From Takakia lepidozioides (taxonomy: Eukaryota; Plantae; Bryophyta), in NCBI GenBank assembly GCA_030704615.1, contig JAKLZA010000016.1:1-15645 (forward strand): DNA of 15,645 nt, read 5' to 3'. Shown here piece after piece: positions 1 through 11,908 of the stretch. The notes beneath the pieces were generated by a model. It did no database searches, was not told the DNA's origin, and saw only the letters and a list, made by a program, of their open reading frames with translations. The first letter of the stretch is position 1. Each line of letters opens with the position of its first letter. Position numbers and translations under genes: made by a program.

Positions 1-24
1 TATGCAAAGTATTAGGTGAGCACG

Positions 25-152
25 GTCCTGCTGTTCTTGGACTCTAACATTTGATAATTTGGAGCCGCTGGTTGCAAGCGGGAATTTACCAAATTCTAAA
101 TACTATTTGAATCGCTGGAGTGCTATTGTCCTGCTGTTCTGGACTCTAACAT
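25..152 (+). repeat. 25/26-bp direct repeat pair upstream of IFT80
   Basis: GTCCTGCTGTTCTTGGACTCTAACAT (25-50) and GTCCTGCTGTTCTGGACTCTAACAT (128-152), differing by one T. Confidence 0.85.
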
Positions 153-319
153 GAGAAAATGAAGCAATGGCCAAGTGCCATGATAACTTGGAAGCTAAGT
201 AATACTTGTGAAGCTATGGTGTACTATGCAATGATGACAATTTTGATTGCGGTTGTGTGCACGGCTTTTGGGGACCGATGGCTTTTGCACATAAGCTTTG
301 GTCGGCGAGTGAGTGCTCT

Positions 320-3300
320 ATGAGGCTTGCTCTTCTTTCTCCACCGAAATTCACCTCGTATCCGCTCATACAGTCAGCTATTTTTCTCACTTCTGCACAT
401 GTAGGCCGTCCAACAAAGACTATGCTTAACAACTTTCTGGAATCAAGACCGAGTCGGGTCAGAGATGAGCAGAAATGTTGCCTGACAACACACCTCTAAT
501 GATGGTTGTTTTTTCTTTGTAATTACTTGGTTCTGGCTGTGTCTTTACGGTGTGAAGATGCTTAGTCCCTGTGCACCTTCGGAGCATCCATTTTTCCAGA
601 TCGCCTGAGAACTCTTTCCTTCCCCCAAGTTAGCTTGTCCTCTGCTGCTCTGAACCAACTATAATTACTGGTTACTTACTGCCTCCTCTGAGGACAGATG
701 AATAAAGACAGCTCAAACCTCCAGGTCAAGGTTCCAACAACCATTGAAAGACACAAGAGAAGTTGAAGTAAAAGAAGATGAGACCTAAGGGAGGAGAGGA
801 TATTCATAGACTTTGGCTCCCTTGTTCCATGAGAGAGAAGAGAGCGAGAGAGAGATCCAAGTTCACCTCTCTCAGTGGCTCCAAGAGGGTAGGCTGCAGC
901 GATGCTTGCTGACCATATACCGTGCACTTGTGAAGAATGCGGTTGCCTTCAGCAATGGCATCCACTTTGAACACTTGACAAAGCACTTCCATAATGGAGT
1001 GAAGTGGTGCACTCAATGTCCTCTGATCAAAGGAATGTCAACAGCAGCATGTCATAGGACATTCTTCTCTGAGATTTCAATTTTGTTGCACCAATCCTAT
1101 TTATTGCTTGTAACAAGATTGACACCTGATGAAAGACGGATACACAATTACAAATTGTAGCGTTTTTGGGGTATGTTCCTGGAGTACTGACTCAAGCCCT
1201 CAACTCATTGATATTATGTATCCACAAAAGAGCATTTGTGGTGTCATATTGGTGTTTGGAACTGCATACACAGATCTAGAGCTCATTCTTCTTCTCACAA
1301 GGATGAAGAAGACCCATTGGTTTTGTTGACACTGAGAATTTCAGATACAGATTGGTGCAGCAGTGGGCTGGAACTCTCCCATGAACTTTACACGTGCAGT
1401 GACGACCATACCATTTGAGATGGAACCGGGGTGGTGAAGCCCTCAACAAAGTGAGAAGAAGATGAGTTTAAATCAGTCTTCAAGAAACTATCATGATGTC
1501 TTTGTATAGTTGTTAGAAATTATTGGATGTACACTCAGGAGCTGGTGGGGGTACAAACAGGTGTGCACTGGAGGCATGCTTCACAGACATTCACTGGTAC
1601 CCATCCATTTCACAACGCCAGCGCAGTGGAGCTGGCACAGACATTTTTGTTGTGGCCTGCACTGATGGTAAACACTCACACTCTCTCAATCTCTAATTTG
1701 TTTAAAACAGTTCCTTGTAATGTAGGATGCCAATTTGACAATCAAATGCCCATATTGCTTTTCCCACAACAGGCTGCTGCTGTGTCTTCAAAAAGTTATC
1801 CTTATTTGCTGCAGAGCGCACAGCATCCAGTAGTTGAGAAGGGGTGGGCAACGCATACCTTTCTCTTAGTTCAAGTCTTGAACGGATGCCCCTTCTTATT
1901 TTAATCATGTTGGCATTTCATATTGACATTCAGTTTGGAAAGGTGGCAGGTGCTTTCTACATAATTGGTAAGAGGCAGGGAGGGGAGAAGCGAGTGGAGG
2001 CCCATGAGGGTGCAGTGATTTGTCTTCGATGGAACTTTGAAGGTCTTTTCTTCTCCTTCTACACCAGCAAGATAGACATTGATTTGTTAAGCTAAATTGG
2101 GCCATCGGCATTTATCAATGACTCTGATCATGGTGAATTGGCAATGGCTTTGAAAGTGTCATTCACAGACAATTTTAAATGGGAACTATGGAGGACCAGG
2201 AACTGCCTTAGCAACAGGTGGAGAGGATGGCGTTGTCAAGATCTGGTCACGCAGTGGAATGCATCGGTCCACTCTAGCGCAAAATAGTGAGTATTTTCGT
2301 GTACGTCCTGGAGTGCAAGAAATAACCGTGTAGCTTTGATCAAGCTTGCTCTTCTTATAGACATGAAAGAGTTTAAATGACATGAACTGCCATCTTACGC
2401 TCAATGTTCACTATACAAGGCCTATTTTACAGCAAGCATGGGCTGATTTGGGAAATTTCTTTAATATAGGAGAGTTTCTAGACCACCAGTTGATCTTTTT
2501 TGGTACTTTGGGGGACAGAACATTCAGTGTATGCCATAGCATGGGGCCCAGACTCAGATCAAGTTGGTTACTCATGCGGCAGGACCTTTTAATCAAACAT
2601 ATTCAGGTATCATAAGTCTTCCACCTGGTTTGCTTTATGGAAGACGGATCTTGCAAACATGTTCACGGTTTTAAGGGCGATCTCCTGTCGGAACACTGCT
2701 TAGATTAGCGGTATTTTCTTGGTCATTCTTGTACATGCTTCTTCCCAATGACCTTATTCCAACCTGATAGCCAAGTTAAGCACGCCTGTGTACAGTGAGC
2801 TCTCCACTTCTGTGTTGTCAGCAATTTCTCGAGATTTAGCTTGCATCAAGCACATGCCTTTGTCATAAGCTCTATGAGCTTTCCGCGGACATTATAAGCA
2901 CCATTTCATATCTGTGCTATTCCAAGCAAGGCAGTACTGCAGTAAGGACAAGGAGGCTATAGCCTTACATTGGCTCTATAAGTAGTGCTTACTAAAGATG
3001 CTGTGTTATTTCAGTCCTCCTCAAGCAGGTGCAATGGGAGAGCCATGAAGGTTTGGTGTTGAAAGTGGATTGGAATCCTGTGAACAATTTCATAATCTCA
3101 GCGGGAGAGGACTGCTGCTACAAGGTTTCTCTCACCTACGTACATGATCCCTTTGGGATCTCTCTCTCTTTTCCCCCTCCTCCAACTCCCAATAGGTGTT
3201 TTCAATTAATAATTTCCACTTCCTGAGCTTCTTCTGCGCAGATTTCTCTAGCAGTAGCAACTCTAACTGCAGATAAATGGGTTCTCTTCTGGAAATCTAC

Positions 3301-6300
3301 TTCTAACCTTGAAACTTTTTAAGGCACATTACAGGTGTGGGATTGTTACGGGAGGCTGCTATATCAGAGCAACAAATCTGATTGTAGTATCACAGCTCTG
3401 GCATGGTGCCCATCAGGCGATGTCTTTGCTGTCGGCTCCTTCAACTCCCTCATTCTTTGTGACAAGACAGGGGTAAGTTGGTCATTTCAATTTATCTTGT
3501 ATTGATTCCTTCAGTGTACATCAAACAGCGTCAAAGAGCTCTGCAATTTTTATTGGCACAACTTCCACTTCTACATTTCAACATTTTTATTTGTTATCCA
3601 AGATGGTTGAAGCAGCTGAGTAAATACAGAACCTTCCTATTTGTCTTCTTAGACCAAAATCCCAAATTAGTGGAATTAACAAGGAGCTTGACACCTAATG
3701 GTAAGGTGTGGGCCATTTGCCGTGTACACAGTGGCTGTATTCAAAGGAGAAGCCTAACACAGGCATGCTCCTAAGTGTTGCATGGAGCACTGATGGGACA
3801 CAGCTGGCTGGAGCGGGTGGTGATGGCACCATCATTTTTGGCCAGCTTGTGGACAGGTCTTGTTCCAAACTGCCTATCTGTTGTTGATTCCTCTGGCTTT
3901 ATTCACCTTACAGCTTTGCCTGCAAGCCAAGCCCTTCAGAACTCTTATATTCCTTTGCCTTTCAGTTGGTGTCCTCATGCAACCCTGGTGTGGGCTCATG
4001 CTAGGCGGATTGAATGGACAAGGATAACTGCAACTTTGAAGATTTTAACCGCATACGTATTCAGGTTGAGTTCAATTTCTCAATGGTCTGGGGTTTGGCA
4101 TATTCTAAATCTCCTTGTTGGTTAATGAATGATCGTGATATGTAGGTGAACCACTGTGAAGGGTTGTATAGAGTTCAGAAGTTATTCTCTAATGTAACTA
4201 TTGTGCCTTGCTGCTTGCATCCTTCTAGCCAGCTGCATTTTCCCCTCAAGATTCTCTCTTGCTTTGAGCTTTGAGTTGTTCTTTTGATTCTGGTCTGGGA
4301 TCTGCTACGTTGTGTTTCTTATGCTACTTGTGTCCCTGGGACCTTCCATTGCCCTGTGAAACAAAACACTTCTCTTCTTCCTTGTCAAGGAGACATCATG
4401 TGGCATATTTACATGAGGCTCTCCACATTAGGAATCCCCAAAGTTGACTTGTAGTTTTATGCGGGGTCCTACTTTTTCTGCTCTCTTTTCTCTTGTTCTT
4501 GTTCCATTAGCTGTTTGAGCTTCTCGTGGATGTAATAAACTCCTTGCTTTCTTTCTGTCTTTCCTCTCGGTGGTTTACTGTGTTGTTCTAATGTGTCTGA
4601 TGGCATCTGGCCTTCCATGGTTGTAAGACCTTCCTTCTGTTTTCATTATTCTCTCCTTGGTCCGCCCAAACTGGGCAGGAAAGTCCACATGTGCTTTGTG
4701 GCTTATTTGAACTTAGCTAACCAAATACTAACAGGATGTGCTAAGCGAGACAGTGGAGGAGTTAGATTTCCGGGACCGAGTCATTAAAATGAGCCTGGGA
4801 TTTCAGCACCTTGTTGTTGCCACTGCTACTCAGGTGACTGCATGTGCCGACCCAACCCTTCGCTTCCTTCATTGCTAATCTCCATGCACATGTGATGCAT
4901 TACCACTGTGCCCATTCACCTATTGCATGCTCTTAGACAATTGTCAAGTTTTCACAACCACAAATTTCCACACGACAATACGCTCCATGATAAGAAGAGG
5001 ACTTATATACTGCAAAGCTTCTTACTTCACTAACCAAGTTTTGTGGTGGCCCATGGATGTGGGATTCAGTGCTGTATTTACTCTGTGACAAATTGGAACA
5101 CACCCCATCTTTGACATCAAGGATACCATCATATTGGTCAAGCAGTGCCAGCGATATTTTCTTATGGTTGATTGCTTCACAGGCTTGCAGCTTTTTACCT
5201 ATGAGGGGAGACATCTTTCCAATCCAAGGTTTCAAGGTAGGTTCAATAATGTCACGATTCAGTGTATGCACAAACATGTGGATATGATTCCTAGTCTAGT
5301 TGCAATGCTGCTTGTCCAAAGCTAGCTTTCAGTATATGTTGGGGTTTGCATATGCATGCAGTTACTTGGACTGAGTACATCTTGTGGGTATTGAGTTGTG
5401 GACATTATTTTCTATCCTTTTCTGGGCTGATGGAAAAAGGGACTCATTGCTATTCAAGCATTGTATGTGTCTCAGAGACACAGTACTGAAGCTTGATATT
5501 TGAGATTGCTGCAGGCCTACGTCCAGAATCATTTAATGACAAAAATGTGAGCCTATCAGATGACATTCTTGCTGTAATAGACCACAGTGACAGAAAAAGT
5601 ATGCACCCTTTCTCTCTGTGCATCCCATCTTTCTGAAGAAAAGACATCAAATGCTCTATCAATCACCATCAGGGAACGTTCAGTTAACTATTGTTTCTTC
5701 GGACTCATCCTAATTGAAAGATGGTGAGCAACAATCATGAAGAATCATCTCAATCTCATGAATGTTGTCCAACTGAAAGACCTTTCCTGTGCTTACATTT
5801 CTGGCATAAGCTAGAGTTTCTGCTGCTGTGTGTGCTGATCATCTGTGAAATAAATCAATTGAAGAGCGAGGCTACAGCAGTTAGACTTCAACCAGACAAT
5901 ATCTGAAATGTATCTAGTTTCTTGTCTTATGAATGAACTGGATGGGTCTATCCAACCACCCCAATTGAGTTTTGACACCAAGGTCAATTCTGAATTAATC
6001 ACCATTGCTTCAACGTCCGCTTATCTGGCATTTCAACAGCGGTACGGTTCTTGGATGCCAATACTGGGAAGTTGGTGGGAGACTTGATGCGGGTTGTCTT
6101 GGAGATTGCTGAAGTTTCTCTCAACCAGATGGGTACAATAGCAGACCGCAAACTTGCATTCATCATCGACTCCAATCACGACCTCTACATCAGCCCCGTC
6201 CATGTAAGTTGTCCTGATTCAAATGTTTCTAAGCTGAATGGGCAACTTAGGTACCCCCAGACCATGGTATTCAGATATCCCTGATGTATCAAATCCTGGA

Positions 6301-9300
6301 ACCCTCTTATCCATCTGGTATGATGGTTGCTTAATCTCAATGGACCATCAACAAAGCTTGGACTTCGACAAGTTGAGGACCCTGTAGTGCGGTTTCTTCT
6401 ACAGAAAGAATCGCAGAGGTTGTATGTTCATGCCGGTTCTGCAGGGAGGGGGTCAATTGGTTGATTGACCAACTCTGGCTAAGGTGGAAACTATTCCCTA
6501 GCCCTGGAACTCAGTGCAAGAGTGTAAGTGCTGTGAAAATGGTCGAAACATGTTCATATTGAGAATCGGTAGGGACTAGGGACCCCTGTGTATGAAGCTT
6601 TGATATAGAAAAAGACTTTGTTTTCTCTTGTAATATGTGTGACCATGGTATCTGTCGTTCCATGAAATTTGATATGAAAACAAATAAAGGGGAACGAATA
6701 AAGAAGAGCTAAAAGTTGGGAGGTCCAGAGGCCAGCGATGTTCAAGTTGGCTGCCATGGTGGACAATGCAATGTGGAATGAAACCACAGATATGTTGGCA
6801 GCCATAGCTGACCAGAAGCTGGTTGTGTGGTACTATCCACATGCTGCTTACATTGACAAGGACCTTCTTCACTTTGTCAAGCATACAAAAGATTGGTGAG
6901 CCCTTTTTTCCATTATGAAACTGGTTCCTTGAAAACATAATATACGAGAACTACGACCAGTACGTAGTAAAGTTTTTCTGCAGACTGAGGACCTTGGAGA
7001 AAATTAGCAGTAAGAGATTGCATCGAATCATTGTAATTATGTCACTTCCAACTTCTCTGAAATGGGTGTTGATATCTCCCTCTTTTTGTGTATGACAGTG
7101 ATGTGGGAAGGGGGTGCGAAAGTCCAGAGCTTCTATGGTTCACAATGTGCTGTCCGCCGAACCGATGGGGCATCCATCATAACATATGTGTCTCCCTTCC
7201 CGTTGCTGCTGTTTGAGCATGTGGCTTCCACAAGTGGGACCATGCGCTTCGCCTCTGCCGCTATGTGAAGGTAGGTGACAACTTTATAGGTGACCTATTA
7301 TGTGGGACTTAGTGCATGCACATACCTCAGTGCATCATGTAGGGTCATACAGACAGCAGTTCAAATCCTGTTCACTCCTTAGAAATGATCTTTCTATGTA
7401 AATGTCCAAAATACCATTTGTTTCAAACCTTTCCGTGCAATGTTGGGCTGATGAATTTTATTGCCTCTGCTCAACAAAGGCATGGATCCTGGTTTTGGCA
7501 TACAGTTTATAGAAGCAAGGCACTAATTCTATTGGGAATGCAGGACAATCTTCTCTGGGCCTGCCTGGCTGGCATGGCAGTGGCTGCCAAGGAGCTAGGT
7601 ACTGCCGAGGTGGCTTATGCTGCCCTTGATGAGGTACTTTTCCACCCTTGGCTTTGTGAATCAAGAACATGGATGGCTTCAATCAGCTTTCCATAACAAG
7701 CTACATGGGAATGGGCTGTCACAACTGTTTTACTTGGATTGTGTCTAGCTTTGTTGTTCAGGACTTGGCAGGCAGTCAGTCAGTGGAGCCATACTTCATA
7801 TCTTTGAGATTTAAAAACGGTAGGATCACCAGTATTGACATGCCATCAAGAACTGCAGAACAGTGCATCCATGGCAGCTTTCCCGCTTTTAAGTTATCCA
7901 GCAAGGGAGGTTGTGGGAATATGTTAATGATCAAGGTTCTTGCAGGGACATCTCAAATTAGAAGGGGAAAGATTGAGAGTAAAATGGATGGTATGGCCAG
8001 GTGGACAAAGTGCACTACATTCTTCATGTTAAGGACCTTCCGTCCGAAGAGTCCGGCAGGCTGAGCTAGCACTATTCCGGAGACGGCCAGAGGAAGCAGA
8101 ATCAATATTGCTTCAGGCAGGCCTGAACATATCGTGCTATCAACCTCAACCTCCGCTTATTTAACTGGGACAGGTACTGTCTGCATTGCAAGTGTTGTAC
8201 TCTCGTCATGCTACATGGCTATGCACAAGACCAGGGGTGAAGATCGTGCTTTTGCATGGGTCTGTCCACTTCTGTCAGTGGTTGAAGACAGAGCATGCCA
8301 TTCACCAATATCTACTCGGTCAGTGTGGCTTGTGTGGGTGTGTCTCTGTGTCTGTTCCCCTCTCTCTAGCCTTCATGGTTGAATCCCCACAAGCCACCTT
8401 ATTTGTCTTACTCTGTGGTTGTGGCGGTAACTTGGTCTGGCATATTTGAATACGGGTTACATGTTAGCAGCCATTATGCTTAGTTCTCACACACACTCAG
8501 GCGTGGACTTTGAAAAGGTCATATGATTGAACGGGCTATTTCTTTCACAGTTGTTATGGATGTAAACCAGTGCACTACCATTGTGACTTATTATATTTTG
8601 TCTTTTGTTACTCTCATGGTCTTTTTCTGTAATAATTGTCCAATGGGGTTGACAGAGCACTGGAGCTGGGCACTGCTCTACAAAACACATTTAGATACTG
8701 TATTGTGGTACCGGCAGCAATCTAACGAGTATGAAGCATGATGAGACCAAACAACAATTTCTTCACGTCGCCCAGCAGGTTAGTTCATTGTCAGACGACT
8801 TTCACTGCTCTCCGATTTGCTGCATTTGTGGGCACCACTCTTCTGATGCCAACATCTTCTGCTCCAGTCACCCTTAACAAGCATTTAAGCTCCAGTTGGC
8901 TGGAGAGAGGTCTTTGCTGTTAAAACTGAAAGATACGTTGTCCTTCATTCCAAGTACATGTTCAAAGCTTAACTCATGATGCATATTTTGTCAGTTTTTT
9001 TGCTATGCTGTCAGTCAAGACTTAAATGTCTTCCTCACTTATAGTCTACCCGTGCAACCCATCTCTTGGATTAGTGGAGTCCTACTTTCTGACTATATAG
9101 GACCATAAATGCAGGTACAAATTGATGTGGAGAAAATCAAGGCCAAGATTGAAGACGACAAGGAGAAAGAGAGCCACCGCACAGGTGAAACACAATGCTC
9201 CAAAGCCAAACTGATCAGACATCTTCCCTTGAATGTATGCAGTCAATACCTGGAGAGAAAGTCGCTTTTTTGTGCCATGGGTTGGATGGCACCAACACCT

Positions 9301-9556
9301 CAATGGGAAAGAAACATGTACAAACAATTTCCTATTGCTAATGTCATTAACAAGAGAAATACCCTACAGCACTAGGAGTTGGCTCCAACCAAACATTCAC
9401 ATTAGAATTTTCACAAACCTGAAAAAACCATAGAAGCCAATGAAGTGAAGCTGGAATCTGTCCTGCCAGTAATTGACAAGTAATTGTCCAGTTGTGAGTC
9501 AGTCACCACCTCATCTGCACTGGTTCTTGTCTGCAGGTATGGGACCACTCCAATAA
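320..9556 (+). CDS. IFT80: Intraflagellar transport protein 80 (IFT-B, WD40 beta-propellers), 21 coding exons, ~760 aa after correcting at least 13 small indels
   Basis: Hand-spliced GT-AG exons: 320-357 (tentative), 1345-1450, 1561-1667, 1950-2042, 2200-2286, 2519-2606, 3015-3124, 3335-3472, 3732-3856, 4005-4064, 4735-4833, 5070-5236, 5515-5598, 6040-6203, 6729-6895, 7099-7270, 7544-7633, 8001-8173, 8656-8778, 9115-9184, 9537-9556 (tentative); total about 2281 nt. Peptides are colinear with recalled Chlamydomonas/human IFT80: [198 protein letters not shown]. The frameshifts mean pseudogene status cannot be excluded. Confidence 0.95.
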
Positions 9557-10010
9557 ATACAAAGCCCCTGCGGAGTGCTTCCTCGCAAGAGGTTCTGCCC
9601 ATCAACAAGCCTTTACTGAGTACTCTCCCCACTAGTTTGCACACAAGTAACATGCGAAACATCCATTTGAAGGGGATGCCAACTTTCTAGTACAGAATGC
9701 TGTTCATAGTGCACTTCATGATTGAAGGACCAAAGAGCTTTACCATTCTCTCAAAGACCTTACCTGTACACAAGAAAGATCACTCAAGCGTCTTATCAAT
9801 GCTCAAAAAGTGAAACTGTTCAGTACTTGCTAAGAATTAGTAGACCACCACCGTATCTCTGCATGAAAACATGGGCAAGGACATATATTACATTGAAACC
9901 CTCCTATTGAGATGAAGCATCACGTCTGACATCATGGAATATGCCTCTGCAGAACAGTACAGCAGCTTTCGTGCTTTGGGGAGTAGAGAGTGTCACCAAG
10001 CCCAAAGCCA

Positions 10011-10058
10011 AAACTCGATCCAAACTTGAAACCTGTACACAATCAAACTCGATCCAAA
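10011..10058 (+). repeat. 14-bp direct repeat in the TANGO2 3' region
   Basis: AAACTCGATCCAAA at 10011-10024 and 10045-10058. Confidence 0.7.
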
Positions 10059-10131
10059 TCTGAACAACTCCAACCAACAGGGCGGAAGCTCTGAGAAATC
10101 TTCTAAGGATTCTCCTCCCTTGCCTACAAAG

Positions 10132-11315
10132 CTACTTGAAAACTGGCTTCTGCACCTTACAAGATCTATCTTTTGCTGGAGAAATGCTTGGCACGCAGAA
10201 GGACAACTGGTGATCTTCCACACCCATCCTCCAAATACTTCTCATAGAAAGTTGCCTCCCCGTTCTTGCGAACGGCTACCACCGACATGCTCCGTGTCCC
10301 GTATGCACCCACCTGGCCTCTCAAAATCCACAAAGATAGGGCTCAAGTCATGCTCCCTCTCAGAGGGCATGCCTGTCTTGGGCAGCATGGAATAGTCAGC
10401 CTTGTGCAATCCTTCAATATGTCACCCAAGATCCGATCTTCAGGAATTTCTCTGTCTGGAAATTCAGCCAGCAAGGCCTCCATCTTCTTCTGTCCTCGAA
10501 GTGATTTTGGCCAGGGAGAGTCCAAGCTGGCGTTACTGAGCGTGTGCATTCCTGGAGAGATCTGCTCCACCAATTTAATCAGCCCGCACAATCAACAAAG
10601 GGTCAGAGTTTGCCCAGATTCAATCTGTCCAATGCTTCTTACAGCCTGGTCAAATTTTGCATTTTGAGCTTACACTCCAGGAGAAGAAGAGGAGGATGCC
10701 ACCTGGGGCCAGCAGAACTTGTCAAGTGCTCTACTGCCTCTCTTGGCCTTTTGACAGAAGGTGTATCACTCACCTTCTGCACACGCACTGGAGAACCAAG
10801 GGGCCGATTTGTAAGGTACGCCATTTCCCCTGTAGAGAGATCGGCAAACCCCAAATTGAAGCCGTTGTACTGACCGGCTCGCGAGGCTACTCCTCCAGAT
10901 ACTCGGTCGGGCTCTTTGAGGTTTGTAAAAAGAGGGCAGGAAGCTGACCCCTGGTAATGGTCCCCTCCTTCGTTGTAGGCTCCCGGAAATTAGTCACAAA
11001 AGCAAGACGACCCGTTGGAGAGACAGCCAGCCATGTGCCACCTTCCTTAGCATCCCGCCCTCCTAGAATCTGATCCTGTTCTCAGCGACCCATAGATAAA
11101 GAGAAAAAAGTGGGTGAGATCGCTGTGAGGTTTCTGACACGCACCAGCTGCAACCAAATTGTAACCAGACGTACGGAGTCTTCCAGGAGAATGAGTACCT
11201 GGTCAGGCCAGCGATGGAGGGCAAGCGTGGGACGAGCATGGTCCTCGTCACGGTTGTGCGCCAAAAGCAGGCTGTAGATGGGGTGCGCCTGCAGCACCCA
11301 AATCGCCACACACAT
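10132..11315 (-). CDS. TANGO2: TANGO2 / NRDE-domain family protein (transport and Golgi organization 2-like), 3 exons, ~280 aa after correcting about 5 indels
   Basis: Exons on -: 11315-11199 (MCVAIWVLQAHPIYSLLLAHNRDEDHARPT, the family-defining MC start and NRDE motif); 11075-10774 (ILGGRDAKEGGTWLAVSPTGRLAFVTNFREP..RGQLP..YNGFNL..ADL..MAYLTNR); 10561-~10132 (ISPGMHTLSNASLDSPWPK..LSPIFVD..YGTRS..FYEKYL). Both introns are GT-AG. The stop (TAG, 10134-10132) depends on indel correction. Confidence 0.92.
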
Positions 11316-11908
11316 GCTTGCAATCAACAGATCCGCCTACCTTCTCATCCTTTGATGAAGCCACATCACTTGGAATTCAGTGCGCGTATTCTGCAACAGG
11401 TTGATACCAGAAGCTCAGCCAAGGTGAGTTTTGAGTATTCAAATTAGCCCTGAAAAACCTCTCTCACCCTCTCTCTCTCCTCTGTGGACGTCACAGAGTT
11501 CCCCTCTCCGGAATTTAAATTTGTAAGACTAGGGATGCGCTATGAGTGCTAAAATATCTTTACAGTATGCAGCTTTGCAATCTTATTATGGGGAAGTGCT
11601 AGCAACGCCAGGAGACGGAATTGGCACTTCATAATGTGGACTTTGAAGATAGTCCGTAAAAAATTGCACAGTGTGAGGTACCAATAGTTTGGGAAAAACC
11701 CAATTCCTCTTGTAGTTTGGTGGAACAGAACAGTGGCAAACTCCAAAGAGGTACCCTCTCTTTTCTTCAGTCTTACAAAGCTCATACCTCCCTTTTTCTA
11801 TGGCTATTATCTACAAAAGCCAAATTTCCCCAAATTGCTCCCAGCAGAGATCTGCATACTTACATAGAAAGAGAAACAAAAGAGCATACATATATTTCTA
11901 AGTGCGTT

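Noticed and set aside
214-9910. The many 60-130-aa ORFs in the track as independent small genes
   Set aside because: They are IFT80 exon pieces running into introns, antisense shadows, or chance intronic and UTR ORFs.
320-11315. Programmed frameshifting or insertional RNA editing as the explanation for the frame breaks
   Set aside because: The indels have mixed sign and base identity, share no slippery motif, and the same slips appear in non-coding repeats (25-50 versus 128-152; TIR arms). Sequencing error is far more parsimonious.
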